Positions 9,644 to 18,995 of a stretch of DNA of 64,000 nucleotides are shown here, piece by piece. A program made the position numbers and the translations under genes. Each line of letters starts with the position of its first letter. Positions within the stretch are counted from its first letter, which is position 1. The notes under the pieces are model-generated. The model made no database searches. It was not told the DNA's origin and was given only the letters and a program-made list of their open reading frames with translations. This DNA comes from Clostridium thermobutyricum (GTDB taxonomy: Bacteria; Bacillota; Clostridia; Ch29). The DNA lies in assembly GCA_016841565.1 (NCBI GenBank), contig JAENYX010000007.1:25664-89663 (forward strand), written 5' to 3'.

Positions 9644-10509
9644 AGATTGGGTATATCATTAACCCGGTGGCAGGCAGAAAGCAAGCCGGTAAACTGGCAC
9701 CTCTGATAAAAAAAGCTACTTATGACAAAGGCTTTGAAGCTGCAATATATATTACCGGGTGTCCGGAGGATGTTGTTGAAAAAAGCGAGAAGGCTGTCCG
9801 GGAGGGCTGTCATCTTGTGGTAGCGGTAGGAGGGGACGGAACCATCAGTGAGGTGGTCAACGGTATACGCCAAAGCAATGTAGTGATGGGAGTTATACCG
9901 GCGGGATCGGGCAACGATTTTGCCCGGTCACTATCTATTCCCATGGACTTTAAAGGGGCGCTCGACTGTGTATTTAAAGGCCGGACCCGAAGAGTTGATA
10001 TAGGCACAGTTAACGGGTATTTTTTCAGCAATGTAGCCAGCGTAGGCTTTGACGCCCAGGTGGTCATGGAAACAGAGAATATAAAAAAATATATTAGGGG
10101 TCCTTTGGCATATCCCTTGGGAGTTATCAAGGCATTGATTAGATACAAACCATTTGATATAGAGTTGGAGACCGAGGATAGAAAAATTAAGAAACAGGCA
10201 GTTCTGGTTGCAGTGGCCAATGGCATGTATTATGGCGGCGGGATGAAAATAGCTCCCGGAGCCGTATTGGATGACGGGCTGTTTGATGTGTGTCTGGTGG
10301 AGGATATGTCAAAGCTTAAAATAATGAGGCTTTTTCCTCTGATATATTCAGGCAGGCATCTTATGCGGCCTGAAACAGAGTATTTCAGAGCAAGGGAAGT
10401 CAGGATTAAATGCCAAAACGGCCACATAAATACCGATGGCGGGATAATAGGGCGCTGTCCGGCCGACTTAAGCATGCAACCCCAGTGCATGAGCATTATA
10501 GTTCCTTAA
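9640..10509 (+). CDS. Diacylglycerol/lipid kinase family protein (DagK/YegS catalytic domain)
   Basis: The DAGK_cat signature is visible in MKIGYIINPVAGRKQA and VAVGGDGTISEVVNG. Confidence 0.8.
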   Translation: MKIGYIINPVAGRKQAGKLAPLIKKATYDKGFEAAIYITGCPEDVVEKSEKAVREGCHLVVAVGGDGTISEVVNGIRQSNVVMGVIPAGSGNDFARSLSIPMDFKGALDCVFKGRTRRVDIGTVNGYFFSNVASVGFDAQVVMETENIKKYIRGPLAYPLGVIKALIRYKPFDIELETEDRKIKKQAVLVAVANGMYYGGGMKIAPGAVLDDGLFDVCLVEDMSKLKIMRLFPLIYSGRHLMRPETEYFRAREVRIKCQNGHINTDGGIIGRCPADLSMQPQCMSIIVP

Positions 10510-10556
10510 GAATAAAAGACATGCTCCAGGAAGAAAATATTCCTGGAGGTGTTACT

Positions 10557-10811
10557 ATGATAAAGACAATTGCTGTTGATTACAGGTTTCAGGACTTGAT
10601 GGCTGAATTGCAGGAGAGAGGGTATAAAGTAATAGACCTGCATAGCGGGGAGGCAGGAGCCAATGCCTGTATATATCATGACGGCATTAGGGATTACCAT
10701 AATATGTATAATTTGCAGGATACAGGAGTGCTTATGATTGACGGCAAGGGCAAGACAGTAAATGATATAGAGGCCATACTTCAGAAAGGTGTTTACAGTT
10801 CTCTTTTTTAG
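10557..10811 (+). CDS. UPF0180/YkuS-family small protein
   Basis: MIKTIAVDYRFQDLMAELQERGYKVIDL resembles YkuS. The ATG at 10557 has a GGAGG RBS 7 nt upstream, and the longer ORF-track form would run across the upstream gene. Confidence 0.55.
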   Translation: MIKTIAVDYRFQDLMAELQERGYKVIDLHSGEAGANACIYHDGIRDYHNMYNLQDTGVLMIDGKGKTVNDIEAILQKGVYSSLF

Positions 10812-10818
10812 GGGGTAT

Positions 10819-11457
10819 ATGATGTTTAAAAACCGAAAGGCCGCGGGCATTGAGCTTTCCAAGCATCTCAATGAATATGCAGGCCAGGATACGGTGCTGC
10901 TGGCAATACCAAGGGGTGGGGCGTTGGTTGCCAATGCGATCAGGAAAACTCTAAAATGTGAATGGGATTTGATAATTCCCCGAAAGCTGGGAGCTCCATT
11001 TAACAGGGAAATTGCAATAGGGGCAGTAACCCAGGATGGGACGTTGTTATTGGATGAGGAGATGATACTATATCTTGATGTTAGTAAGGAATACATAGAA
11101 AAAGAGAAGGAGAACCAGATTAATGAGATAAAGAGAAGAATGAGGCTGTATATGGGAGCAAGGGAACCCGTATCCATAAAATCAAAAAAAGTTATAGTGG
11201 TGGATGACGGAATAGCAACAGGGTTTACCATAAAAGCAGCCATTAAATCAATCCAAAAATCCGGGGCTTCAGAGATAGTAATTGCAGTACCTGTGGCTCC
11301 AAGCGATGTGGTGGAGGATTTGCTGGAAATAGTGGATAAAGTTGTGTGTCTTGAGAGCCCATATCCTTTTTATGCGGTTGGTATGTTTTATGAGGATTTC
11401 CATCAAACCACCGATAATGAGGTAATAGAGCTGTTTACCGAGCAGACGGCTAAATAG
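10819..11457 (+). CDS. Phosphoribosyltransferase-domain protein (type I PRTase fold)
   Basis: The PRPP-binding loop VIVVDDGIATGFT is present. The start is most likely at MMFKNRK, after an AGGGGG RBS. Confidence 0.7.
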   Translation: MMFKNRKAAGIELSKHLNEYAGQDTVLLAIPRGGALVANAIRKTLKCEWDLIIPRKLGAPFNREIAIGAVTQDGTLLLDEEMILYLDVSKEYIEKEKENQINEIKRRMRLYMGAREPVSIKSKKVIVVDDGIATGFTIKAAIKSIQKSGASEIVIAVPVAPSDVVEDLLEIVDKVVCLESPYPFYAVGMFYEDFHQTTDNEVIELFTEQTAK

Positions 11458-11509
11458 TGGATTTTAACTTAAAGGGAAGCCGGTATAAACATCTAAAGAC
11501 AGTCGAATA

Positions 11510-12124
11510 TCAAATATTACCTGATTTATCTGAAAGATTAAACTGAAACGGCGACCCCTTCATAGCCTTCCAGAAACTATAATGTATGCCTGTAGATATA
11601 ATGTTTGCCATTCTCATAACAAGACTAAGTCTTGTATTCTGTAGAATAAGATACTCCATAAAGCCGCCAAAGTTTACAATCCCGCTTACATGCATATCGC
11701 CTACGCAGGGGAGGTTCTTTTTTACTCCTGCGCCCGGCCGCAGAGGCCCTTTGCCAATTGTGATATGGCCTATTCTTTCCATTGACCCCAGACTGGCATC
11801 TACTGCAATAATAAATGGACGTGAATACAGAAGCCTGATTTCCTCAAGGGTATCACTTAAATTTTTAGCGTGTACCGGTTTGTCCAGAGTTCCGTATATA
11901 AGGACTCTGTCGTTATTGGTCATGGCCGACAGCTTGTGGCCCACAAGGGGTCCCAGACAGTCGCCGGTGGACCTGTCGGTTCCGATGCAAAGTACAATAA
12001 CAGGGTCTCTGTCATGGGTATAACAGAAACCGAAGCAGTCGACAAACATTTCCGAAAACCGGGACAGGGGCAGACTTCCGTTTATATCCACAGTTTCGCT
12101 GTAAGTCCGGGGAGAGCAGGTCAT
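11510..12124 (-). CDS. yyaC: Spore protease YyaC family protein
   Basis: A 204-aa ORF beginning MTCSPRTYSETVDIN...DRDPVIVLCIGTDRSTGDCLGPLVG, which is characteristic of YyaC (DUF1256) found near the origin in sporeformers. Confidence 0.8.
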   Translation of the reverse strand: MTCSPRTYSETVDINGSLPLSRFSEMFVDCFGFCYTHDRDPVIVLCIGTDRSTGDCLGPLVGHKLSAMTNNDRVLIYGTLDKPVHAKNLSDTLEEIRLLYSRPFIIAVDASLGSMERIGHITIGKGPLRPGAGVKKNLPCVGDMHVSGIVNFGGFMEYLILQNTRLSLVMRMANIISTGIHYSFWKAMKGSPFQFNLSDKSGNI

Positions 12125-12385
12125 AGTAAATCCTCCGTCTGGGCTTTTTATATAATCTATTTAGATGTAATAACTAATATTACAATTTACAGTTTTTCCG
12201 CAGACCGATTAATAATACATGGTAATATTCTCTATACAAGTCTTGGCTTTAATGACAGAACGCTTTTAATATGAAGGTGCGGCCGGGTGGACAGATAAAT
12301 TATTAATAGACTATTTGCCAATTGCGGAAGGAATTCTAATACTGTTAAAGAATTATTGAAAAAAGAGCTCAGGGGGTTTCTTTAA

Positions 12386-13516
12386 ATGAGACATAAGAGG
12401 TATAAAAGTGAAAACAGGGGGAGATATTTAATACTGCTTGTATTGGCAGCCATTATAATTACTTGTTTTGCCTATCCCTATTTTTACTCAACTCTTTTAA
12501 GGATGGAATTCAATCCAAACAAACTAATACGTGTATCCGATTTTAAGGGACACCATGAGGCGCAGCAAGAATTTGCCGTACTTTCGGGCAAATTGGTTAG
12601 CATGCAGGGAACAACCATAAAACTGCAAAATGGTGACGGGAGCACCGTATGGCAAAAGGAAATCAGCATCCGGGAGCCTTTTATTGCAGCCTTAAAGGAT
12701 ATCATTGTTGCAGTTGATATGGAAAAAGGGAAGCTATACGGTATAGACGGTCAGGGTAAAACGCTGTGGGAGGCCGCGACTAAAGGCCGGCCCATAAGGA
12801 TAGGCACCGATAAGGAATATATATGGGTCAGGACCAAATACAGGGAACAATCAATAGTGGAAGTATTGAACAGGAAGGGAGAAAATATTGCATATTTACA
12901 GGTGGGCAAGGTTCAGGCCATAGGAGTATCTGTTTCCCCTGATGGTTCCAATATAGCGGTAACTACCGCCGGGGTAAAGGATAACATGATAGTGGGCGGT
13001 ATTATACTATACAAAAGAGATGGTAGTATAGTATGGGCAAAGAGTTATACAGACAGTCTTGTTATGGGAGTGAAAATAACCAACGAGGGTTTTGTTCTTG
13101 TACTGACAGAAAAGATGCTTGTGAACTTAAGTATTGGAGGAGATATTCAATGGCAGAAGGAGATTAATGGATATATTACAAAGGCTCTGTTCACAGATCA
13201 AGGATTAACGGCCCTGACTTTGAGCCAGGACTATACAGGTGCAGTTTCGGGCAGGAAAGGGGAAAAAACGGTTATTTACGGCAAAAGGGGCAGTAGTCTG
13301 GAACATGTAGACCATAGGGAAGGAATTATCGGATTGGCGGAGGGTCAAGACTATCTGGGCGTTTATTCAGCCAGGAGGCTGCAGATGGTGTCTTTGAACG
13401 GAAAAGGTGTTATGGACAAGGAGTTTGGCAGGGATTTGGTGTCGGTGTATTTGCTGGAAAATAATTTTATGGCATATATTTCGGCCGGTAAAATATACTT
13501 TGAGCCTATAATTTGA
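12386..13516 (+). CDS. Hypothetical membrane-anchored protein with repeated beta-strand-rich units (possibly DUF5711-like)
   Basis: A 376-aa ORF with an N-terminal TM helix (LILLVLAAIIITCFAY) and an extracytoplasmic repetitive W/G-rich domain. No catalytic motif was recognised. Confidence 0.45.
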   Translation: MRHKRYKSENRGRYLILLVLAAIIITCFAYPYFYSTLLRMEFNPNKLIRVSDFKGHHEAQQEFAVLSGKLVSMQGTTIKLQNGDGSTVWQKEISIREPFIAALKDIIVAVDMEKGKLYGIDGQGKTLWEAATKGRPIRIGTDKEYIWVRTKYREQSIVEVLNRKGENIAYLQVGKVQAIGVSVSPDGSNIAVTTAGVKDNMIVGGIILYKRDGSIVWAKSYTDSLVMGVKITNEGFVLVLTEKMLVNLSIGGDIQWQKEINGYITKALFTDQGLTALTLSQDYTGAVSGRKGEKTVIYGKRGSSLEHVDHREGIIGLAEGQDYLGVYSARRLQMVSLNGKGVMDKEFGRDLVSVYLLENNFMAYISAGKIYFEPII

Positions 13517-13529
13517 ATGGGGTGAGGTT

Positions 13530-14207
13530 ATGAATTGGATAGACGCTTTAATAGTGGCCATTATTATTGTATCGGTAATAAAGGGATATTCGGAAGGGTT
13601 TGTATTATCACTTATGGGTATTGTGGGACTGGTCACTGCAATAGTTGCCGCTCGGTTGTACTTTAACAGCCTTGCCCAATACCTGACAGAAAACACTTCG
13701 TTATATGAGAAGATATATCTTGCTGTTTTGAAGAGCCTGGAGGGAGCCAATCCCATTCTAAGAGGGGGGGAATACAGCGGCCAGGCTCTGCCTGAAGCTT
13801 ATAGAAATTTATTTTTGTTCGGAGGTTCTGTTCCGGTTGGAGGCAGTTCTGCTGCCGAAAGCATTGCACAAGCTATAAGCGGCATAATTATTTCTATACT
13901 AAGCATTATATTAATATTCCTTGTTGTTAAAATCGCTTTTATGATAGTCGTCGCACTGCTGAATTCTCTGGTTGAACTGCCGGTGCTGAGGCAATTCAAT
14001 AAACTGGGCGGAATAGTGATAGGGTTCCTGAAGGGTGTTCTGGGATTAATGTTAGCCTTTGCGCTGCTAATTCCGGTAATGGCAGTATTTCCTGTTGAAT
14101 GGCTTTCAAGAGGAATGGAAGGATCGCTTATTGCTGTATACTTTTACAGGTATAACCTTATTGTTCCATGGTTTTTGGAGCTGGTCTCAAAGTTGATTCA
14201 GGGCTGA
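13530..14207 (+). CDS. cvpA: CvpA-family membrane protein (colicin V production protein-like)
   Basis: MNWIDALIVAIIIVSVIKGYSEGF is a typical CvpA N-terminus, and the protein has four predicted TM helices. Confidence 0.7.
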   Translation: MNWIDALIVAIIIVSVIKGYSEGFVLSLMGIVGLVTAIVAARLYFNSLAQYLTENTSLYEKIYLAVLKSLEGANPILRGGEYSGQALPEAYRNLFLFGGSVPVGGSSAAESIAQAISGIIISILSIILIFLVVKIAFMIVVALLNSLVELPVLRQFNKLGGIVIGFLKGVLGLMLAFALLIPVMAVFPVEWLSRGMEGSLIAVYFYRYNLIVPWFLELVSKLIQG

Positions 14208-14462
14208 CGAAGTACAGGTTTTAGGAACAGTCATCCGGCTCATTTTAAAGAATGGGTACACGGGAGCTTCCGGCGGGCAGTTTTCCAGGTGAAGCCTACA
14301 GGGGTTTTCCTTGAAAATCTAGCTGGAAATCTACTGGTCACCGGCTGCCGGTACAAATGCCATATAACGAGAGATGTCCCTTGCCGCAGGGCAGGCATGC
14401 TTTGCACAGCGAAGATGCGACGGATGCCGTTACCCATCACTGGATAAAAGGAGGCGTTAGAC

Positions 14463-15053
14463 GTGGAAAAACATATAGATGCAAGGGGATTAAACTGTCC
14501 CCAGCCGGTAATACTTACAAAAAAAGCTTTGGAAGAAATAAAAGAGGGTAGGGTAGTAACTATAGTGAATTCCGAAACTGCCCGGGAGAACGTCAAAAAG
14601 CTGGCTCACAGTATGACCTGCAGCGTTGATATTCAGGATATTGGCGGAGACTATCATATAAGCATTTTTAAGGGAAAGAGTCTTGCAGTTCCGGAATTTG
14701 AGAATGTAGCGGGCAGAAACGGGCTGATTATTCTTATTGGCAGTGATAACTTCGGCTCGGGGGACAGAACCCTTGGGCAAATATTAATGAAGGCGTATAT
14801 AAGTACTCTGGTGGAGGTATGTCCGCTGCCTGAGACCATAATATTCCTTAATAGTGGTGTAAACCTTTCGGTGGAAGGCTCGGGAGCGCTGGAAGCATTA
14901 CACAAACTGGAAAAAATGGGGGTTGAACTACTGTCCTGCGGCACCTGCCTTGATTATTATCAGGTGAAAGAAAAGCTGGCGGTGGGGCAGGTTACAAATA
15001 TGTATACAATAGCAGAAAAGATGAATAATGGCGAAAATACTATTGTACTTTAG
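14463..15053 (+). CDS. yedF: YedF-type selenium-metabolism/sulfurtransferase-like protein (TusA-like N-domain plus DsrE-like C-domain)
   Basis: The TusA CPxP motif appears in ARGLNCPQPVILTKKAL, and the C-terminus ELLSCGTCLDYY is DsrE/YedF-like. The GTG start has an AAAGGAGG RBS. Confidence 0.75.
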   Translation: MEKHIDARGLNCPQPVILTKKALEEIKEGRVVTIVNSETARENVKKLAHSMTCSVDIQDIGGDYHISIFKGKSLAVPEFENVAGRNGLIILIGSDNFGSGDRTLGQILMKAYISTLVEVCPLPETIIFLNSGVNLSVEGSGALEALHKLEKMGVELLSCGTCLDYYQVKEKLAVGQVTNMYTIAEKMNNGENTIVL

Positions 15054-15065
15054 GAAGGCGTGCTT

Positions 15066-15332
15066 ATGAAAACTGACAAATACTATATAATGGTGTTTGA
15101 TTCAACACATTATGCCATTAAGGTTGATGGGATGTTGAAACAAAAGGGACTGGAGGGAGAGATCATTCCCACACCCCGGGATATAGATTCCAGTTGCGGA
15201 TTGTCAATAAGGTTTCCCGGGGACATACTTAAAAGTGTCACGAAGATAGTTAACATTAAGGAGAATAGGGTAAGATTATATAAGAGTGAAAAGGACATGG
15301 GGAGGACTGTTTATACCCAGCAAGAAATGTGA
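15066..15332 (+). CDS. DUF3343-like small protein (putative Se/S carrier, usual partner of YedF)
   Basis: MKTDKYYIMVFDSTHYAIKVDGMLKQKGLEGEIIPTPRDIDSSCGLSIRF matches the DUF3343 pattern. It lies immediately downstream of yedF. Confidence 0.55.
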   Translation: MKTDKYYIMVFDSTHYAIKVDGMLKQKGLEGEIIPTPRDIDSSCGLSIRFPGDILKSVTKIVNIKENRVRLYKSEKDMGRTVYTQQEM

Positions 15333-15346
15333 GGGGGGTAATAGAG

Positions 15347-16213
15347 ATGGCTGAATTGCTGCAAAGGATTAACCTTAATGGGGTTTCAATTGCACTGATA
15401 GGGCAGAATATATTGAAAATATTGCTGGTTCTAATTTCTGTAAAGCTGTCGGTAAAGCTGCTTGGGGTTATTATTGACAAGTTTTTCCACAGACAGGCCG
15501 AAAGCCGCTTTGTAGAGGACACCAAAAAAGTTATGACCATGAGCGCACTTACAAAGAGTATAACCACCTATACTCTATACTTCATTGGACTGACCATGGT
15601 AATAACAATAATGGGCATACCGGCATCCTCTATTCTTGCTACTGCCGGAATTGGAGGCCTTGCTATCGGGTTCGGAGCGCAAAACCTCGTAAAGGACGTA
15701 ATAACGGGATTTTTTATACTGTTTGAGGACCACTATGCTGTAGGTGATTATATTTCCCTTGAAAAGTATTCGGGCATTGTGGAGGATATTGGAATAAGAA
15801 TAACCAAGGTCCGGGATTTTAACGGAGATTTGCATATTATCCCAAATGGGAATATATCCAATGTTACTAACCACAGCAGAGGGGATATGAGGGTTTTCTT
15901 TGATGTGGGAATCGCATATGAGGAGGATATTGATAAAGCCATATACGTTATACAGAAGTATTTGGATGAGTACCGGCAGGCAGAGCCGCAGCTGACGGAT
16001 GGGCCAAAGGTTCTGGGGGTTTCCGACCTGGCCGATTCCTCTGTTATACTGAAGATATGGGCTAAATCAAAATCCATGGAACAATGGAGAATTGAAAGAG
16101 AACTTAAAAAGGGAATAAAAGAAACCCTGGATAAGGAAGGAATAGAAATACCATATCCCAAGAATGTAATAATAAACAAACAGAGGGGGATGACTCATGC
16201 CTCTGAAGATTGA
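15347..16213 (+). CDS. Mechanosensitive ion channel family protein (MscS-like)
   Basis: Three N-terminal TM helices precede an MscS beta-domain (GDYISLEKYSGIVEDIGIRITKVRDFNGDLHIIPNG). The start MAELLQ follows a GAGGGGGG RBS. Confidence 0.8.
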   Translation: MAELLQRINLNGVSIALIGQNILKILLVLISVKLSVKLLGVIIDKFFHRQAESRFVEDTKKVMTMSALTKSITTYTLYFIGLTMVITIMGIPASSILATAGIGGLAIGFGAQNLVKDVITGFFILFEDHYAVGDYISLEKYSGIVEDIGIRITKVRDFNGDLHIIPNGNISNVTNHSRGDMRVFFDVGIAYEEDIDKAIYVIQKYLDEYRQAEPQLTDGPKVLGVSDLADSSVILKIWAKSKSMEQWRIERELKKGIKETLDKEGIEIPYPKNVIINKQRGMTHASED

Positions 16214-16397
16214 GCTTGGAGATGTTGTACAGATGAAAAAGAAACATCCCTGTGGCAATGACCGGTGGGAAATCGTGAGAACCGGGATGGATATCAGGAT
16301 AAAGTGTCTTAAGTGTCAAAGACAGGTCCTTATGCCCCGGGAGACCTTTGAAAAAAGAGTAAAAAAGGTGATGAAAGCAGGTGCCGGCGAGAGGTAA
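16197..16397 (+). CDS. DUF951 (YyzM-like) small protein
   Basis: A 66-aa ORF, MPLKIELGDVVQMKKKHPCGNDRWEIVRTGMDIRIKCLKCQRQ, with a CxxC...CxxC zinc-ribbon-like arrangement. It sits upstream of rpsF as yyzM does in Bacillus. Confidence 0.55.
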   Translation: MPLKIELGDVVQMKKKHPCGNDRWEIVRTGMDIRIKCLKCQRQVLMPRETFEKRVKKVMKAGAGER

Positions 16398-16403
16398 ATT
16401 TTG

Positions 16404-16432
16404 TTGCATTGAAAAATCCCTTGTGGTAGAAT
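16404..16432 (+). promoter_or_regulatory. Sigma-A type promoter of the rpsF-ssb-rpsR operon
   Basis: TTGCAT, a 17-nt spacer and TAGAAT. About 60 nt of leader follow before the rpsF RBS. Confidence 0.55.
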
Positions 16433-16492
16433 ACTATAGTACATCCTTGCTCTGCCAATGTAGAGCCGTTTAGTCCAGGAGGAGGTGAACTT

Positions 16493-16777
16493 ATGAACAA
16501 GTATGAACTGCTTTTTATTCTTGATACCGAGCTTGATGAGGAAGCAAGGGCTTCTTATATTGAGAGGATAAAGGGGATCATCGGGGAGACGGGTGAAATA
16601 GAAACTATCGATGAATGGGGTACCAGGAAACTGGCCTATGAAATCAATAAGAAAAATGAAGGTTATTACGTTAAGATTAACTTCAAGTCTGCCCCCGAAA
16701 CTCCCAAGGAATTGGTGAGGGTTTTCGGGATTTCAGAAAGCGTTTTACGGCATTTGATTATTAATCAAGATGAATAA
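16493..16777 (+). CDS. rpsF: 30S ribosomal protein S6
   Basis: MNKYELLFILDTELDEE...KLAYEINK is a canonical S6 sequence, preceded by a strong GGAGGAGGTG RBS. Confidence 0.95.
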   Translation: MNKYELLFILDTELDEEARASYIERIKGIIGETGEIETIDEWGTRKLAYEINKKNEGYYVKINFKSAPETPKELVRVFGISESVLRHLIINQDE

Positions 16778-16795
16778 ATCAGGGTGGTGTTTTGG

Positions 16796-17227
16796 ATGAT
16801 GAACAAAGTATGTCTGGTGGGAAGACTTACGAGGGACCCTGAATTGCGGTTTGTGCCCGGTTCGGGTACTCCGGTTGCTACCTTTACCCTCGCTGTGGAC
16901 AGGAACTTTAAGAATAAGCAGGGGGAGAAAGAAGCGGATTTTATTTCAATAGTTACCTGGAGAAAGCTGGCAGAATTGTGCGCCAATTACCTGGGAAAGG
17001 GCAGGTTGGTAGCAGTGGCAGGCAGGATTCAGAGTAGAAGCTGGGAGGATGACACCGGCCAAAGGAGATATAAAACCGAAGTGGTGGCAGACGAAGTTAC
17101 TTTTCTCGACAAAGGGACCGGCACTGGCACCGGCGGAGGCGGAAATTTTAAAGAATATAGCAAGGACGAGAGCGGCTCCGATGATGATTTCTTTCCGATA
17201 GAAGAGGATTCGGACTTGCCGTTCTGA
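16796..17227 (+). CDS. ssb: Single-stranded DNA-binding protein
   Basis: The OB-fold N-terminus ([18 protein letters not shown]), a Gly-rich linker and the acidic C-terminal tip ...[15 protein letters not shown] are all present. Confidence 0.9.
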   Translation: MMNKVCLVGRLTRDPELRFVPGSGTPVATFTLAVDRNFKNKQGEKEADFISIVTWRKLAELCANYLGKGRLVAVAGRIQSRSWEDDTGQRRYKTEVVADEVTFLDKGTGTGTGGGGNFKEYSKDESGSDDDFFPIEEDSDLPF

Positions 17228-17243
17228 CAAAGGAGGGATATTT

Positions 17244-17471
17244 GTGAAACGTAAAGCCCGAAAAGGCAAAAAGCGGGTATGCAATTTCTGTATTGACGGT
17301 ATAAGCAAAATTGATTATAAAGATGTAAGTAAGCTCCGAAAGTATATTACCGAGAGGGGAAAGATTATTCCCAGGAGGATTAGTGGAAACTGCGCAAGAC
17401 ATCAAAGGCAGCTTACAATAGCAATAAAAAGAGCCAGGAACATTGCGCTTCTGCCCTTTACGGCTGAATAA
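17244..17471 (+). CDS. rpsR: 30S ribosomal protein S18
   Basis: KRVCNFC...[14 protein letters not shown]...[14 protein letters not shown] is a canonical S18 sequence with a GTG start. Confidence 0.95.
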   Translation: MKRKARKGKKRVCNFCIDGISKIDYKDVSKLRKYITERGKIIPRRISGNCARHQRQLTIAIKRARNIALLPFTAE

Positions 17472-17493
17472 GAGAGCTATATGCTCTCTTTTT
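17471..17493 (+). terminator. Rho-independent terminator of the rpsF operon
   Basis: AGAGAGC-tatat-GCTCTCT followed by TTTT. Confidence 0.8.
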
Positions 17494-17619
17494 ATTACCT
17501 TATTAAAAGTGGCGTAACATAGGCTATTATTCTACAAATTGCTCGGGTAAAAAGAGTTATAATATTGTGACAGGGCGGGAATAATTTAGAGCTGTTATAA
17601 AGCAGGGGGGGAGCAGGGA

Positions 17620-17946
17620 TTGACACCTTCAGAGCATAATTTGGATGTAACCAGAAACCTAAGACTGGTAGAATGGCTTAAATGCGAGATGCTTTCGGGA
17701 ATGGCATCCTTTTACCGGCTTATGCTAAAGGGCAGCCGGGTTAGCCAGGAGGCTTTGGCGGATGTTTTAGCCAACATAATCCTGGTGGCATACCTCCTTG
17801 CACGGAGGATGGGCATGACCTATGCGATGATTGATTTAAAAATACACAGCAAGATTAAGCTGGGGGTCACCGAGGAACACGAAGTAGAGAAATGGTACCG
17901 GGACCTGTCGGAATTGGCAGCATATATGAATAGAAACAGAAAGTAG
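17620..17946 (+). CDS. Hypothetical small protein (possibly MazG-like family)
   Basis: A 108-aa ORF with good coding potential, in the conserved slot between rpsR and yybS. The family assignment is tentative. Confidence 0.4.
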   Translation: MTPSEHNLDVTRNLRLVEWLKCEMLSGMASFYRLMLKGSRVSQEALADVLANIILVAYLLARRMGMTYAMIDLKIHSKIKLGVTEEHEVEKWYRDLSELAAYMNRNRK

Positions 17947-17955
17947 GGATGACAG

Positions 17956-18912
17956 ATGGTAAAGGATAGCAACGTAAAAGCTTTGGCGAATACTGCTATG
18001 GCTACAGCATTATCGGTAATAATAGCGATTATTGGTTTGTTTGTTCCGGTTTTATCCCTTGCGTCTTTGCTGTGGCCGGTCCCTGTAATTGTTATAGTAA
18101 AGAGATACGGGCTAAAGTACGGGGTTTATTCTACAATAGCCTCGGGATTGATTGTCGGCATGATTTCCGAGCCCATCTACGCAGCATATGTAATACTTGC
18201 CTACGGTGCTCTGGGACTGTCAATAGGCTACGGAGTACATAAGAGCTATGAGGCGGGGAGGATATTAACCATTACATCGGTTGCTTCATTGGTGTCCAAA
18301 TTACTGCTGCTGTATTCGGTAACCAGGATTATGGGGGTCAACCCTATTGAAATCCAGCTTGAGGCCATGGAAAAGGGACTGGAACTCTCTATGGAATTTT
18401 ATAGCGGCATGGGGCTGGATATGCCGGAGAATATAAGAGAAACGCTGGTTTCCTCATTTGAACTGCTGAGGATTACACTTCCTGCATTGCTAATACTGGT
18501 TGCGCTGCTGGACTCCTTTCTTAATTATACGGTGGCGAAAATTGTATTAAAGAGGCTGGGCTTGCATATGGACGCACTCCCGCCCTTTGGGGAGTGGAGA
18601 ACCCCAAGTAATCTATCCATAGGCTTTTTATTGTTGGTAGGGCTGACGCTGGCAGGAGGGTACTTTGGGCTTAGTAACACCGAAGTTATACTTGGGAATA
18701 TTCTTTTGCTTTTTCAGATGGTCTTTCTGGTCCAGGGAATCTCTGTAGCGTATTTTTTCCTGTCACAGAGAGGCTTGAACAAAGCTTTTAAAATACTGTT
18801 GATAGTTATAGTCATGTTTAACCAATTGCTGGCAATGGCAGCCATGTTTGTCGGGCTGCTGGATGTAATGTTCGATTTCAGGAAAAGGTTTTCCCAAAAC
18901 AGCGGCAGTTAA
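17956..18912 (+). CDS. yybS: YybS-family membrane protein (DUF2232)
   Basis: A 318-aa polytopic membrane protein that sits immediately upstream of gdpP, as yybS does in Bacillus. Confidence 0.7.
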   Translation: MVKDSNVKALANTAMATALSVIIAIIGLFVPVLSLASLLWPVPVIVIVKRYGLKYGVYSTIASGLIVGMISEPIYAAYVILAYGALGLSIGYGVHKSYEAGRILTITSVASLVSKLLLLYSVTRIMGVNPIEIQLEAMEKGLELSMEFYSGMGLDMPENIRETLVSSFELLRITLPALLILVALLDSFLNYTVAKIVLKRLGLHMDALPPFGEWRTPSNLSIGFLLLVGLTLAGGYFGLSNTEVILGNILLLFQMVFLVQGISVAYFFLSQRGLNKAFKILLIVIVMFNQLLAMAAMFVGLLDVMFDFRKRFSQNSGS

Positions 18913-18995
18913 TCTTTGTTGTGGGGGTTTTAACAAAAATAGCATGTAAAGACACCTGTCTGTATACAGGGTGAAATATCCGGAGGGATGGCCCG

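Noticed and set aside
14240-14596. A 118-aa minus-strand ORF covering the yedF leader
   Set aside because: It has no RBS, is oddly Ser/Phe-rich and overlaps the yedF start, so the region is better interpreted as a structured non-coding leader.
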